Assembly (NCBI GenBank): GCA_963737655.1
Contig: CAVTTN010000002.1
Coordinates: forward strand, 896,001 to 960,000
DNA from: an uncultured Planctomycetota bacterium
GTDB lineage: Bacteria > Planctomycetota > Planctomycetia > Isosphaerales > Isosphaeraceae
Reading direction: 5' to 3'
Length of the DNA stretch: 64,000 nt
This document shows positions 19,581 through 32,195 of the stretch, piece by piece. Positions within the stretch are counted from its first letter, which is position 1. Every line of letters starts with the position of its first letter. A model generated the notes under the pieces. It worked only from the letters and a program-made list of their open reading frames with translations. It had not been told where the DNA came from and did no database searches. A program made the translations under genes and the position numbers.

Positions 19581-19601
19581 GGTGCATCGCATGCACCCAA
19601 C
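19581..19601 (-). repeat. GTAG-type REP variant (GTTGGGTGCATGCGATGCACC on the minus strand)
   Basis: Matches the REP consensus with internal palindrome GGTGCAT...ATGCACC. Confidence 0.7.
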
Positions 19602-19604
19602 GCC

Positions 19605-19775
19605 ATGAATCGTTATGCGTTCGCCCGGAGCCTGCAATTGCTGGGCCTGATCGTCGCCCCGTTGGGGATCGCCGCGGAGTTGAACGATCAGATCACCCTG
19701 GGAGAGTCCCTCCTGGTGGGGATCATCGGCGTGGGCATCTTCATGATCGGCCACTCGATGCAGCCGAAGCGGTGA
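19605..19775 (+). CDS. Small two-TM membrane protein
   Basis: 56 aa, two hydrophobic helices (LQLLGLIVAPLGIAA; LLVGIIGVGIFMIG). Confidence 0.65.
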   Translation: MNRYAFARSLQLLGLIVAPLGIAAELNDQITLGESLLVGIIGVGIFMIGHSMQPKR

Positions 19776-20883
19776 AGAGCGGGGGTCGGGGCGCATCGGT
19801 TCGCTCGGGTTCGGTGGGTCGGACGATCGGCCCGCCACTCGGGCCCGCGACCCTCACCATCGCGACCCAGGCCCCCGACGATCAGCCAATCCGACCGCGT
19901 CTCGAATCGTTCACTTGCCGACATGCCAATCCCTAGCGTCTTCGGCCAAGTCCCGAGGTGCGCGCCTTCCGGACGATTTTTTGTCCGGGAATTCTTTCGG
20001 AGACGATCGACGGAACTCGTTGGCGAGCCAGGTTTTTCGAGGATTCTTGTCAAATATCTAGAAATGCGGTCTGATGCGTGCGCACTCGTCGCTGGCATCG
20101 AGCAAATGGCGGTTTTTTCAGGCCCAGGGGCGGCTCCGGCCGGAATTGTGTAGTCAACTTGTTGGAAATTCGCGCTCTAGCAACTTTTAAATTTATAATA
20201 TGTGAAATCATTCCATATTATCGATAACTCAATTCCAACCACCTCGGCATTCGGAGCGTCACGGGTTCCCCGGGCGGATCGACCCGGGGCCTGCCCGACG
20301 AGTAGGATTCGTTTCGATGCGTTTCGTTCGGCGACCCGCCTTGCCCTGTGGCAGGGACGCCCGGATTGGTGGCATGGTGGTTGAGTTGTTCAGGAATTCT
20401 TGATCGTCGATCCCGATTTGGGGCCGGGCCCGGGCGGTTTCGAGGTTCGGGTCGTAGATGATGGGGATCGAGCCCGGCGATCCTCGGTCGAAATCGCCCT
20501 TGGATTGGGCGTGATCGCCCGGGATTCCGGCAGCCGAATTGCGGATTGTGAACTGGGGCCCTTGATCCCGATGTGGAAATCGGGAATTGTGGGTACTCGG
20601 CACTTCGTTTGCCTGGAGATGCGCGGCCGAGTGCATGGGTTTGTCGCCAAAGTGGGATGGGGGGATTGTCCCGGGGGTCGACGGGGTGGAGAATGGTACA
20701 TCCACTCAGCGAATCCGACGGTCGCGAATGAGGGGAGATCACGCGAGGGGTTCGGTCGCGATAAATGTCCTGGGATGAGGCGAGCGCTCGGCCGGCTTGG
20801 GCCGTCGGGGACAACGCCGCACCCGACAACCCGGCGGGCGTCCTGAGCGAGCGTCTCGGGCGGCCCGCATGGAGGCAACGCTC

Positions 20884-23800
20884 ATGGTCCAGTCCGGTCG
20901 GTGGCGGTTGGCGAGGGGATGGATTCTGGCGGCGGCCCTGGGGGGCTCGCCGTCCCGGGGGTATTCGCCCAGAATCCGGCCGGCGGGCGGCGGTTCTACG
21001 CCGATACCAGCTACGCGGCCGAGACCCTCCTCCGCAAGGCGGCCGGACACGTCCGGGATGGGCAGTGGGCGGAGGCGATCGACCTCTACCAGCGCGTCCT
21101 CCAGGGGGAAGACGCGCGGGCGGACGTGTCCAAGGCGGGCGGCGAAGCGGCCCCCGAGCGGGATTTCGAGCTGGCCGTCGATGCCCGCCAGCATGCCCAG
21201 GCGAGGCTGGCCGCGATGCCTCCCGAAGCCCGGGCGCTGTATCGGTCGCGGGTCGACGCCCAGGCCGAGCGGCTCTATCGCCAGGGGGCCGCCGATCGCG
21301 ACCGGGCGACCCTCCAGAAGGTGGTCGATTCGGCGTTCGCCTCGTCCTGGGGAGACGACGCGCTGGACCTCCTCGGCGACATCGCCTTCCAGGACGGCCA
21401 GTTCGGCGAGGCGCTGGCGACCTATCGGCGAATCCTCCCCGACGGCCCGGCCGGGGCCTCCGGCCTGGTCTATCCCGACCCCGACGTGGACCTGGCCCGG
21501 GTCTGGGCCAAGAAGCTGCTGTGCCGGGCGGCCCTGGGGGCCGATCCGCCCTCGAAGGCGGATTTCGAGGCGTTCGCGGCGCTGTATCCCGAGGCCAAGG
21601 GCCGATTCGCCGGCCGGACCGGCCCGCTGATCGACAGCCTGAAGGCGGCGATCTCGCGGGACGGCCTGGCCCTTCCGCCCCAGAGCGACGGCCGATGGCC
21701 GACCTTCGCGGGCTCGCCGTCGCGAGACCGGATCGCCCCGGGCCCGATCGACATCGGCCAGTTCCAGTGGCGGGTGAAGCTCGACCCGCCCCCTCCGCCC
21801 CGGCCGATGCCCGGGATGAATCGGTTCGGCGGGATGACGCCGATGAACAACATCGCCCAGACGCCCGAGGCGGGCCTGGCGTATTTCCCGATCGTCCTGG
21901 GGGACCAGGTGATCGTCTGCGACGAGTCGCGGGTCGTCTCCTACCACCTGAACGCCCGGCCCAACGCGCCCGACGCCGGCCCGAGCGAGTCGGTCTTCTT
22001 CTGGGACCAGAAGCTCGGCGGGGCCAACGCGACCGTGCCGCCCACCCGGTCCTCGACGGCCCCGCCGCGGTACACGCTGACCGCCGCCGGCGACCGGATC
22101 TACGCGAGGCTCGGCGCCAGCGTCCGCTCGGGCGGATCGAGCACCCTGCTGGCGATCCGCAATACCCGGGAGATCGAAGGCAAGCGGCTCTGGCAGAAGT
22201 CTTCGAGCGATATCCCGCTGCCCAAGCCCCGGCCCGACGCCCGGGACCGCTTCACGGCGGTCTTCGAGGGGACGCCCGTGGCCGACTCGCGGAACGTGTA
22301 CGTGGCGATGACCGAGAGCTCGAACCAGATCAACGTGTTCGTGGCCTCCCTGGACGGCGAGACCGGGGCGCTGCGGTGGATCAAGCAACTGGGGACGGCC
22401 TCGGGCCTGGACCAGTTCGCGATGATGGGCATGCCCTCGGGCCCGGGGGACGTGGGGAACCGCCTCCTTTCGCTCGACGGCCAGACGCTCTACTATCAGA
22501 CGAACCTCGGGGCCCTGGCCGCCCTGGATGCCGAGACCGGGGCGATCCGCTGGCTGTCGATGTATCCGTCGCGCGACCTGTCGGGGCCGAAGCCGGCGAG
22601 GGAAGCCAGCCCGGCCCTGGTCCACGACGGGATGGTGATCATCGCCCCCGAGGACGCCCTGCCGATCTTCGCCTTCGACGCCGCGACCGGCCGCCTGCTG
22701 TGGAAGACCCCGCCGATGCAGGGAATCACCCACCTTCTGGGAGTGGCCAAGGGGCGGCTGATCGCCACGGGCAACCGCGTCTATTCGTTCGACGTGAAGG
22801 ACCCGAACTCCCAGGAAAAAGGCCGGAAATACCGCTACTGGCCCGAGACCGAGATGGAGGGCTACGGCCGGGGGCTCCTGGCCGGCGACTCGATCTACTG
22901 GCCCACCAAGACCGACATCCACGTCCTCGACCAGGCGACCTGCCTGCCGGGAGACCGCGAGCCGATCCGCCTGATGCAGCATTACGGCCAGGGGGGCGGC
23001 AACCTCGCGGCCGGGGACGGCTATCTCGTGATCGCCCAGGCGCGATGCGCTGGTCGTCTTCTGCCAGAACAGCCGGCTGATCGAGCGGTACCGCCAGGAG
23101 ATCGCCAAGGCGCCCGAGACGCCCCTGCCGTACTTCCAGCTGGCGAGGATCGCCGAGGCGACCGGGCAGGACGAGCTCGCCCTGGCGAACCTGGAGGAGG
23201 CGACGCGACGGGCCCGGCCGTCGGACACGATCGACGGCCTCTCGCTCGGGGAAGAAGCCCGGGCCCACGGGTTCCGGCTGTTGATGAGGCTGGCGGTCAA
23301 GGCCGAAGCGAAGAAGGACTGGGCCGAGGCCGCGCTGCGGTTCGAGGCCGCGGGCAAGGCCGCCCCCCTGGATCGCGACCGCCTGGCGGCCCGGCTCCGC
23401 CTGGCCGAGGCGCAGACCCAGGGAGGCGACCGCCGAGGGGCCGTGGCCAGCCTCCAGGCGATCCTCGGCGACGAGAAGCTCCGGGCCCAGCCGGTCAAGT
23501 ACGACGAGCGCTGGACCGTCCGCGCCGACTTGCTGATCGCCGATCGCCTGGACGAAGCCCTCCGCGACGGCGGCCGGGAGCTCTACGAGGAATTCGACCG
23601 GAAGGCGGCCGCGCTGCTGGCCGAAGGGCGGAAGGACCGCTCGGCGAGGCTCCTGGAAGAGGTGGGCCGGGCGTTCCCGGCGGCGAAGGTCGCGCCCGAG
23701 GCCCTGCTCGCCCTGGGCGAGATCCGCGAGGCGGACAACCAGCCGAACGAGGCGGCCCGAGCGTTCAAGAAGCTGCTGAGCCTGGCGACGACGGACCTCA

Positions 23801-25312
23801 TGAAGGCCCGGGCCCTGGTCGGCCTGGGCCGGGCCTACGAGGCCCAGGGGCTCCTGGCCCCGGCCCGAGACGCCTACAGCCAGGCCCAGGCCAAGTTCCC
23901 GGCGCTGCGGCTGGACGAGGCGACCGGGGCGACGGTCGGCTCGCTCGTGGCCGAGAGGCTCGCCGGCGACGGGTTCGCCCGGCTGGCCGGGGACCGCGAC
24001 CGGCCGAGGTTGCCCGTGCCCCTGTCCCGGGTCTGGGAGGCGAAGTGGTCCGGGATGGCCCGGCCGATCGCCGCCGAAGGGGTGCCGCCGTCGGCCGACG
24101 CCGGGCGCGTCTTCCTGGTCGAGCGCGGGTCGATCCGCCCGGTCGATCCGGCGACCGGCCGATCGGCCTGGACGCGGGAGCTGGACGAGGGGCCGACCTG
24201 GGCCGGGTATCTCTCGGGCCGGCTGATCGTGGCCGGGCCGTCGCGAGTGGCGGCGCTGGACCCGGCCTCCGGGGCGGTCCTCTGGCGGTTCCCCGACGAC
24301 GCGGGCAAGCCGGGCAAGCCGTCGGCCAACCCGTTCGCCCGCCCGGCGGGCTCGGCGCCGATGCCCGCGGTCGACCCCTCGGCCGGCAAGATCCACGACG
24401 TGAAGGTCGTCGGCGGCCGGGTGATCTTCCAGAGGGGGGACCGCGAGAACGTCGATCGCGAGGTCCTGGCGCTGGACGGCGACACCGGAGGGATCGCCTG
24501 GACGTATGCCCCGCCCTCGGGCGGGATCAATCCCCACGTCCTGGTCGGGCCCGAGGCGAGTGGTCCTCCAGGTCCTCGGTCCCGAGACGCTGGTGGTTTT
24601 GGACACCGACACCGGCCGCCGCCGCGAGGTGCCGCCCCCCCGGGACGCCAAGGACGAGCCGGCCGCCTCGTGGGTCCGCCCCCCCCTGGCGATCGACGAG
24701 GACCACGCCGTCGTGGCGCTGGACCCCCGGACCGTCGCCTTGCTGGACGTCGCCGCGAGCCTGGCCAAGGGGGAAACCGTCCTGACCTGGACGTACCGGC
24801 TGACGTCGTCCCTGCCTCTGCAAGGCCCCCCTCGGCCGTTCGGGGATGCATCCCGGCTCCTGGTGTTGTATGAAGGCAATGAGCTGGTCCGCCTGAACGC
24901 GGCGACGGGTCGGCCGATCTGGTCTCGGGGGCTGGGCCTGGACGACCTCAGCGAACGTCCCGGGGCCTTCGCGATGGACACCGACCGATTTTTCTGCGCC
25001 TCCGGAGCCACGCTCACCGCCTACTCCCTGAAGGACGGTCAGCCGTCGTGGTCGCGTCCCCTGGTCGGCCCGAGGAACGTGGGCTGGTCCGTGGCCCTGT
25101 CCGAAGGGCACGTGGCGGCCTATCCCAACCCCGGGAGCACGTCCGACGGCTCGCTCGATGACCTCGCGCTGGTGGTCTATCGCAAGGACTCGGGCCGGCT
25201 GGTGCAGAGGCTGGCCTTCCCGGCGAACGTGACCGAGCTGGTCGTCCGCCTCGCGCCCAAGGGGGCGACCGTCGCCACCCAGGCCGGGGCCTGGTCCCTG
25301 GGGGGGCCGTAG
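20884..25312 (+). CDS. Large exported PQQ-type beta-propeller / TPR protein; three frameshifts (~20940, ~23040, ~24555)
   Basis: GGAGG RBS and signal peptide at 20884; TPR-like helices; repeated LDxxTGxxxW blades; contiguous ORFs 20901, 23281 and 24506 in shifting frames. Confidence 0.8.
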
Positions 25313-25329
25313 GGTGCATGAAATGCACC
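25309..25329 (+). repeat. GTAG-type REP (GTAGGGTGCATGAAATGCACC) overlapping a stop codon
   Basis: Identical copies at 29573 and 45288; TAG 25310-25312 ends the upstream gene. Confidence 0.85.
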
Positions 25330-25395
25330 ATCAATCCTTGCATTTCTCCCTCTGTCTCGATCCTCCCTCGAAGCCGCATCCATTGAGGAGACCCC

Positions 25396-26479
<1,084 letters not shown>

Positions 26480-27361
26480 CCTCCAGGGCCTGGACCTCCA
26501 GGCCCGGATGGTCGTCGAGGGGTACGTGGCCGGGCTGCACAAGAGCCCGTACCACGGCTTCTCCGTCGAGTTCGCCGAGCACCGCGAATACGTCTCCGGC
26601 GACGACATCCGCCACGTCGACTGGAAGGTCTGGTCCAAGACCGACGCTATTACATCAAGCAATACGAGGAGGAGACCAACCTCCTCACGTACTTGCTCCT
26701 GGATACGTCGGAGAGCATGGGCTACGCCTCCCCGGGCAACGTCACGAAGCTCCAGTACGCGCAGTTCGTCGCCGCGGCCCTGGCCTACATGGTCCTCCAG
26801 CAGCAGGACTCCGTGGGCCTGGCCACGTTCGACGAGCAGGTCCGGCGGTACCTGAGGCCCAGCGGCCAGCCGTCCCACCTGAAGGAGCTGTTCCACCTGA
26901 TGGACGCCACCCCGGCGGGCCAGAAGTCCGACCTCGGGGCGATCTTCCACGACCTGGCCGAGCGATTCAAGAAACGTGGGGTGGTGGTCATCCTCTCCGA
27001 CCTGTTCGACGATCCGGCGAAGATCCTCGGCGGCCTGAAACACTTGCGGCACCGCCGCCACGAGGTCATCGTCTTCCACATCCTCGACCCGGCCGAGATC
27101 GAGTTCCCTTTCCGACAGACCACGCTGTTCAAGGGCCTCGAAGGGCTCCCCGAGATCCTCACCGAGCCCCACGCCCTCCGCCGGGCCTACCAGCAGGAGC
27201 TCGGCGCGTTTTTGGACGAGCTCAAGCGAGGTTGCCAGTCCATCGACATCGATTACGTCCCGCTGCGGACCGACCAGGAGCTGGACGGCCCCCTGGCCAG
27301 CTACCTGGCGTCCCGGTCCATGCGAGTCCGCTGACGAAGCCCCTCCGAGGAAGGCCCGACC

Positions 27362-29576
27362 TTGTATCCTCCTCTCCTTCTCGCCGCGTTCGGCACGCCC
27401 TTGATGCTCTGGGGACTCGCCGGCGCGTCCCTGCCGATCATCATCCACCTGCTCAACCGCCGGAAGTTCCGCGAGGAACCCTGGGCCGCCATGCGGTTCC
27501 TCATGGCGGCGATCCGCAAGAACCAGAAGCGGGTCAAGGTCGAGCAGTGGTTGCTGCTGGCGATCCGCACGCTGATCATCCTGTTCGTCGTCCTGGCGAT
27601 GGCCAAGCCGTTCCTGGAGAGCATGGGGGCCCTGGACCTCCTCGCCGGCCAGAGGCGGCACTGGGTGCTCGTGGTCGATGGGTCGATGAGCATGGATTAT
27701 CGCGACGGCGAGACCACCCGGTTCGATCGCGCCGGGAGATCGCCCGGAGGCTCGTGAAGGACTCGCGACAGGCCGACGCCATCAGCCTCGTCCTGATGGC
27801 CGACCCGCCCAAGGTCATCATCGGGGCGCCGGCCTACAACAAAGAGGCCGTGCTCTCCGAGATCGATGCCCTGACCTTGCCCCACGGCGGGACCGACCTG
27901 CCCGCGACGTTCCGCAAGGTCGACGAGGTGCTCGAGACGTCCAATATCCCGCGCAAGGAGGTCGTCTTCCTGACCGACCTCCAGACCGCGAGCTGGCGGA
28001 GGATCGACCCGAAGGCCGACGACGGACTCAAGAACGCCCTGGCACGCCTGGATGCCAAGAAAGCCCGGTCGCAGGTCATCGACCTCGGCGCCTCGGGCGG
28101 GAAGAACTGGGCGGTCGTGGACCTCGCGCTGGACCCGTCGATCGTGACCGTCGGCGCCCCGGTCGTGGCCAAGGCCACGGTGAAGAACTTCGGCCGGGAG
28201 CCGACCGGCGACCTCCGGGTGAAGCTCTCGGTGGGCGACCAGATCGTCGATGAGAGGCCCCTGAGGCTCGGCGCGGGGGAGGCGGAGACGGTCGCGTTCA
28301 ACATCAACTTCCCGGCCGCCGGGCCGTCGGCCGTGGTGGCGACCGTCGATGACGACGCCCTGAAGCTCGACGATTCGAGGCGCGTCGTCGCCTCGGTCCG
28401 CGAGTCGCTGAACGTCCTGATCGTCGATGGCGACAAGAAGTCCGAGGCGTTCCTCTCGGATTCGGACTTCCTCGCCCAGGCGCTGAACCCCAAGGTCTCC
28501 GACGTCCCCGACGACGCCGAGGGGCCGTGTTCGCCTCGCCGATCCGGGCCGAGGTGGTGGGCGAGGGGCAGCTCGTCGGCCGCGACCTGACGAACTTCGA
28601 CGCCCTGATCCTCTGCAACGTCGGCTCGTTCACCGAGGTCGAGGTGGCGGCGATGGAGGCGTTCCTGAAGCAGGGCGGCGGGATCGTGTTCTTCGGCGGC
28701 GACCAGGTCCAGCCGGAGAATTACAACCGCTTGCTGTTCAAGGACGGCAAGGGCCTCCTGCCGGCGGAGATCGGCCCGATCGTGGGCGACCCGTCGAAGC
28801 AGGAGGCGCCGTTCACGCTCGATCCGCTGGGCTGGAAACACCCGATCGTGGGGGACTTCAACGGGACGACGGCGGGCGTCCAGGCGAGCGTCACCGGGGT
28901 CAAGACCGCGAGGTTCCTCAAGCTGAGGCTGCCCAGGGAGACCAATGCCAAGGTCGCCCTGGCGTTCTCCAACGGCGACCCGGCCGTGATCGAGGCGCCG
29001 AGGGAACGGGGCCGGGTGATCGAGATCGCCACGACGGCCGATCGCGACTGGACGTCATGGCCGATCTACCAGAGCTTCCCGCCGATCATGGAGCAGATCG
29101 TCCTGCTCGCCTCGTCGGGCCGGTTCGAGGAGAAGAACGTGAAGGTGGGCCAGCCGCTCGCCCAGTCGTTCCCGCCGTCGGCCGCCGGGGCGGTGGCGAC
29201 CGTGACCCGGCCCGGGGGCGGGCCCACGGCGGCGGTGAAATTGACCAATGGGAAGGACGTCAGCCAGTTCCGCTACGATGATACCGACAGGTCGGGCCTC
29301 TATCGCGTCTCGGTCGGGCCTCCCCTGAACGTCCAGACGGCGTTCGCCGCCAACCCCGACCCGATCGAGAGCGACCCGGCGAAGCTCACCGAGGCGGGCT
29401 TGAAGGCTTCCGTCCCGGGCTGGAAATTCCTGTACGATAACGATTGGCGAGGGCTGGAGAAGAGCGCGGCGTCGGTCGGGCAGCGAGGGGAGATCCACCG
29501 GCCGTTGCTCTGGGCGGTCCTGGTGTTGTTGATCGTGGAATCGGTGCTGGCGTGGAGGTTCGGGCATCACAGGTAG
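27362..29576 (+). CDS. BatA-domain / vWA membrane protein with Ig-like and GATase-like domains; frameshifts near 27735 and 28525
   Basis: LPIIIHLLNRR...W.AMRFL BatA motif; DGSMSM MIDAS; C-terminal TM (EIHRPLLWAVLVLLIVESVLA). Confidence 0.82.
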
Positions 29577-29695
29577 GGTGCATGAAATGCACCGATCACG
29601 CGTTCGATTTTGCTTCGTCGGGATGGTGGGTTCGACCCGTAGCCGATTGGTGCATTCCATGCACCCTACCCAACGGTGCATTGCATGCACCCTAC
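29573..29695. repeat. REP cluster: one forward REP (29573-29593) and two inverted REPs (29649-29669, 29675-29695)
   Basis: GTAGGGTGCATGAAATGCACC; GGTGCATTCCATGCACCCTAC; GGTGCATTGCATGCACCCTAC. Confidence 0.85.
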
Positions 29696-29708
29696 AGGAT
29701 ACCGCTCG

Positions 29709-32123
29709 ATGGACTGGCTCCTTCGCCGACTGGCCGATCGTCTGGGAGTGGCCCCGGCCCAGCCGGGCGAGGCGATCACCCCCCGGCTTCAGTTCGAGCA
29801 GCCGTGGTCGCAACTCCTGCTGATCGCCGTGGTGCTCGGCTCGGTCGCGCTGGTCGTCTGGCTCTACCGCCGGGAAGGCTCGGCCTCGACGGCGTACAAG
29901 ATGATGCTGGCGGCGATGCGGATCTTCCTGATCCTGCTCGCCATGTTCATGCTCAGCGAGGCGGTGCTGTCGGTCGAGCGGACCGGCCTGCCGTTCTTCA
30001 TCATCATGGCCGACGACTCGGCGAGCTCCGGCGTGATCGACCAGTTCGCCGAGCCGAAGATGCAGGACCGGGCCGCCGAGCTCGCGAAAATCGCCGGCAA
30101 GCCCGAGACCCGCGCCGACCGCCTCTCCGTGGCCGAGGGGCTGCTACTGAAGGACGACGCGAAGTTCATCAAGGAGCTTCAGCGCCAGCATAAGGTCAAG
30201 TTTTACATCGTCTCGAACGCCGCCCGCCCCCTGGCCGAGGTCGACAAGCCGGAGGAGGTGGCGAAGGCCGTCGAGGCGCTCAAGAAGGTCGAGGCCACGG
30301 GAGAGCAGACCCGCCTGGGCGACGGCCTCCGCCAGGTGCTGACCGAGCTCCGAGGGGTCCCGCCCACGGCGGTCCTGCTGATGAGCGACGGCCAGACGAC
30401 CGAGGGGGAACCGCTGGCCAAGGCGGCCGAGCTCGCCAGGCAAAAGGGCGTGCCGATCTTCGCCGTCGGCCTCGGCGACGCCGATCCCGCCAAGGACCTC
30501 GAATTGTCCGACCTGCTCGTCGATGAGGTCGTCTTCGTCGACGACCTGGTGAGGTTCGAGGCCAGGCTCCAGTCGCGAGGGTTCGCCGGCCAGGACGTGA
30601 CCCTGCGCCTCCGCCGCAAGAAGGCCGGCTCCGAGACGTTCGAGGACGTCGAGACCCAGCACGTCACCGCCCCGCCCGACGGCCAGGCCAAGAAGGTCGA
30701 GATCGTCCACCGCCCCCGGGAGACCGGGGAGATCACGTTCGTCCTGGACGTGGAGAAGAAGCCCCGGGAGATCAACGAGGAGAACAACTCGATCACTCGG
30801 GTCGTCAACGTCCGCGAGGAGCGGCTCAAGGTCCTCCTGATCGACGGCGAGCCCCGGTACGAGTTCCGCTATCTGAAGAACTTCCTGGAGCGGGAGAAGA
30901 CGGTCGAGCTGAGCGTGCTCCTGCTCTCCTCCGACGTGGAGTTCGCCGAGCAGGACCCGTTCGCCCTGCCCCGGTTCCCCGAGGCGAAGGAGGGGCCCGA
31001 CGGGCTGTTCTCCTACGACGTGGTGATCCTGGGCGACGCGGACCCGGAGTTCCTCAACGCGGCGCAGATGAAGAACCTCGTCGAGTTCGTCAGCGAGAAG
31101 GGGGGCGGGCTGCTGTTCGTGGCCGGGGAGAACTTCAACCCCCTGGCGTACAAGAGGACGCCCCTGGAACCGCTCCTGCCGATCCAGCTCGCCGACTCCC
31201 GGAACCCGATCGCCGACGGCAAGGCGATCCCGGCGTATCGCCCGGTGCTGACGGCCGAGGGCCGGAACCACCCGATCTTCCGGTTCGGCCGCGACGAGGC
31301 CGACAGCCGGCGGATCTGGGAGACCATGCCCGAGCTCAACTGGTTCTTCGAGGCCACCAAGAAGCAGCCGGCGGCGTTCGTCCTGGCCGTCCACCCGCAG
31401 GTTCGAGGGCAGGACGGGCAGGGGGTGCCGATCATCCTGTACCAGTTCTTCAAGGCCGGCAAGGTCATGATGAACGCGATGGACGACACCTGGCGATGGC
31501 GGTATCGCGTGGGCGACAACGGCCCGTTCGGCCGGTTCTGGATCCAGACGATCCGGTTCCTCGCCCGATCGAAGATGCTGGGGCAGAAGCAGGCGGAAGT
31601 CACCACCGACCGCCGGAGGTACACGAGGAACCAGTCGATCGGCGTGAAGGTCCGGTTCCCGAACCCGGGGATCGCCCCGGCGGGGGAGGTCACGGTCCAG
31701 GTCCAGAAGAAGGGGCAGGGGCCGAGGAAGGCGACCTTGAGGCCCACGCCCGGGGCGAAGAACGTGTTCGAAGGGGTCCTGCCGCCGACGGCCGAGGGGG
31801 AATATGAAGTCCAACTGCTCCCCCCGCCCGTGCTCCAGGGGGCGCTGCCGACGGCGGCGTTCCGCGTCGATCCCCCGGCCGGCGAGCTGGAGCGGGTGCA
31901 GATGAACGAGGCCGAGCTCCGCCGGGCCGCGGAGATCTCCGGCGGCCGGTTCGCCACGCCTCAGAATTTCGACTCGGTGATGAAGGAATTGCCGCCTCCT
32001 CAGAAGGTGCCCCTGGACACCGACCCGCCCATCCCGCTGTGGAACACGCCGCCCGTCCTGGGCCTGTTCCTCCTGACGGCGGGCCTGGAATGGGTTTTCC
32101 GGAAACGCAAGCAGATGGTATAG
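29709..32123 (+). CDS. vWA + glutamine-amidotransferase-like-fold membrane protein
   Basis: Two N-terminal TMs, DDSASS / MSDG MIDAS-like, YDVVILGD, GGGLLF, TWRWR, C-terminal TM ending EWVFRK. Confidence 0.85.
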   Translation: MDWLLRRLADRLGVAPAQPGEAITPRLQFEQPWSQLLLIAVVLGSVALVVWLYRREGSASTAYKMMLAAMRIFLILLAMFMLSEAVLSVERTGLPFFIIMADDSASSGVIDQFAEPKMQDRAAELAKIAGKPETRADRLSVAEGLLLKDDAKFIKELQRQHKVKFYIVSNAARPLAEVDKPEEVAKAVEALKKVEATGEQTRLGDGLRQVLTELRGVPPTAVLLMSDGQTTEGEPLAKAAELARQKGVPIFAVGLGDADPAKDLELSDLLVDEVVFVDDLVRFEARLQSRGFAGQDVTLRLRRKKAGSETFEDVETQHVTAPPDGQAKKVEIVHRPRETGEITFVLDVEKKPREINEENNSITRVVNVREERLKVLLIDGEPRYEFRYLKNFLEREKTVELSVLLLSSDVEFAEQDPFALPRFPEAKEGPDGLFSYDVVILGDADPEFLNAAQMKNLVEFVSEKGGGLLFVAGENFNPLAYKRTPLEPLLPIQLADSRNPIADGKAIPAYRPVLTAEGRNHPIFRFGRDEADSRRIWETMPELNWFFEATKKQPAAFVLAVHPQVRGQDGQGVPIILYQFFKAGKVMMNAMDDTWRWRYRVGDNGPFGRFWIQTIRFLARSKMLGQKQAEVTTDRRRYTRNQSIGVKVRFPNPGIAPAGEVTVQVQKKGQGPRKATLRPTPGAKNVFEGVLPPTAEGEYEVQLLPPPVLQGALPTAAFRVDPPAGELERVQMNEAELRRAAEISGGRFATPQNFDSVMKELPPPQKVPLDTDPPIPLWNTPPVLGLFLLTAGLEWVFRKRKQMV

Positions 32124-32195
32124 TTCGGATTGGTCATCCCCCGACCGACACGCCCGGCAAGACCTCTCCCTCGCCGGGCGGGAGGGCCCTGGACG

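Noticed and set aside
20150..20240. Replication origin
   Set aside because: AT-rich, but no DnaA-box cluster seen and no dnaA/dnaN context
29573..29695. Possible CRISPR array
   Set aside because: Only three units, mixed orientation, irregular spacing, dispersed copies elsewhere and no cas genes; REP-like instead
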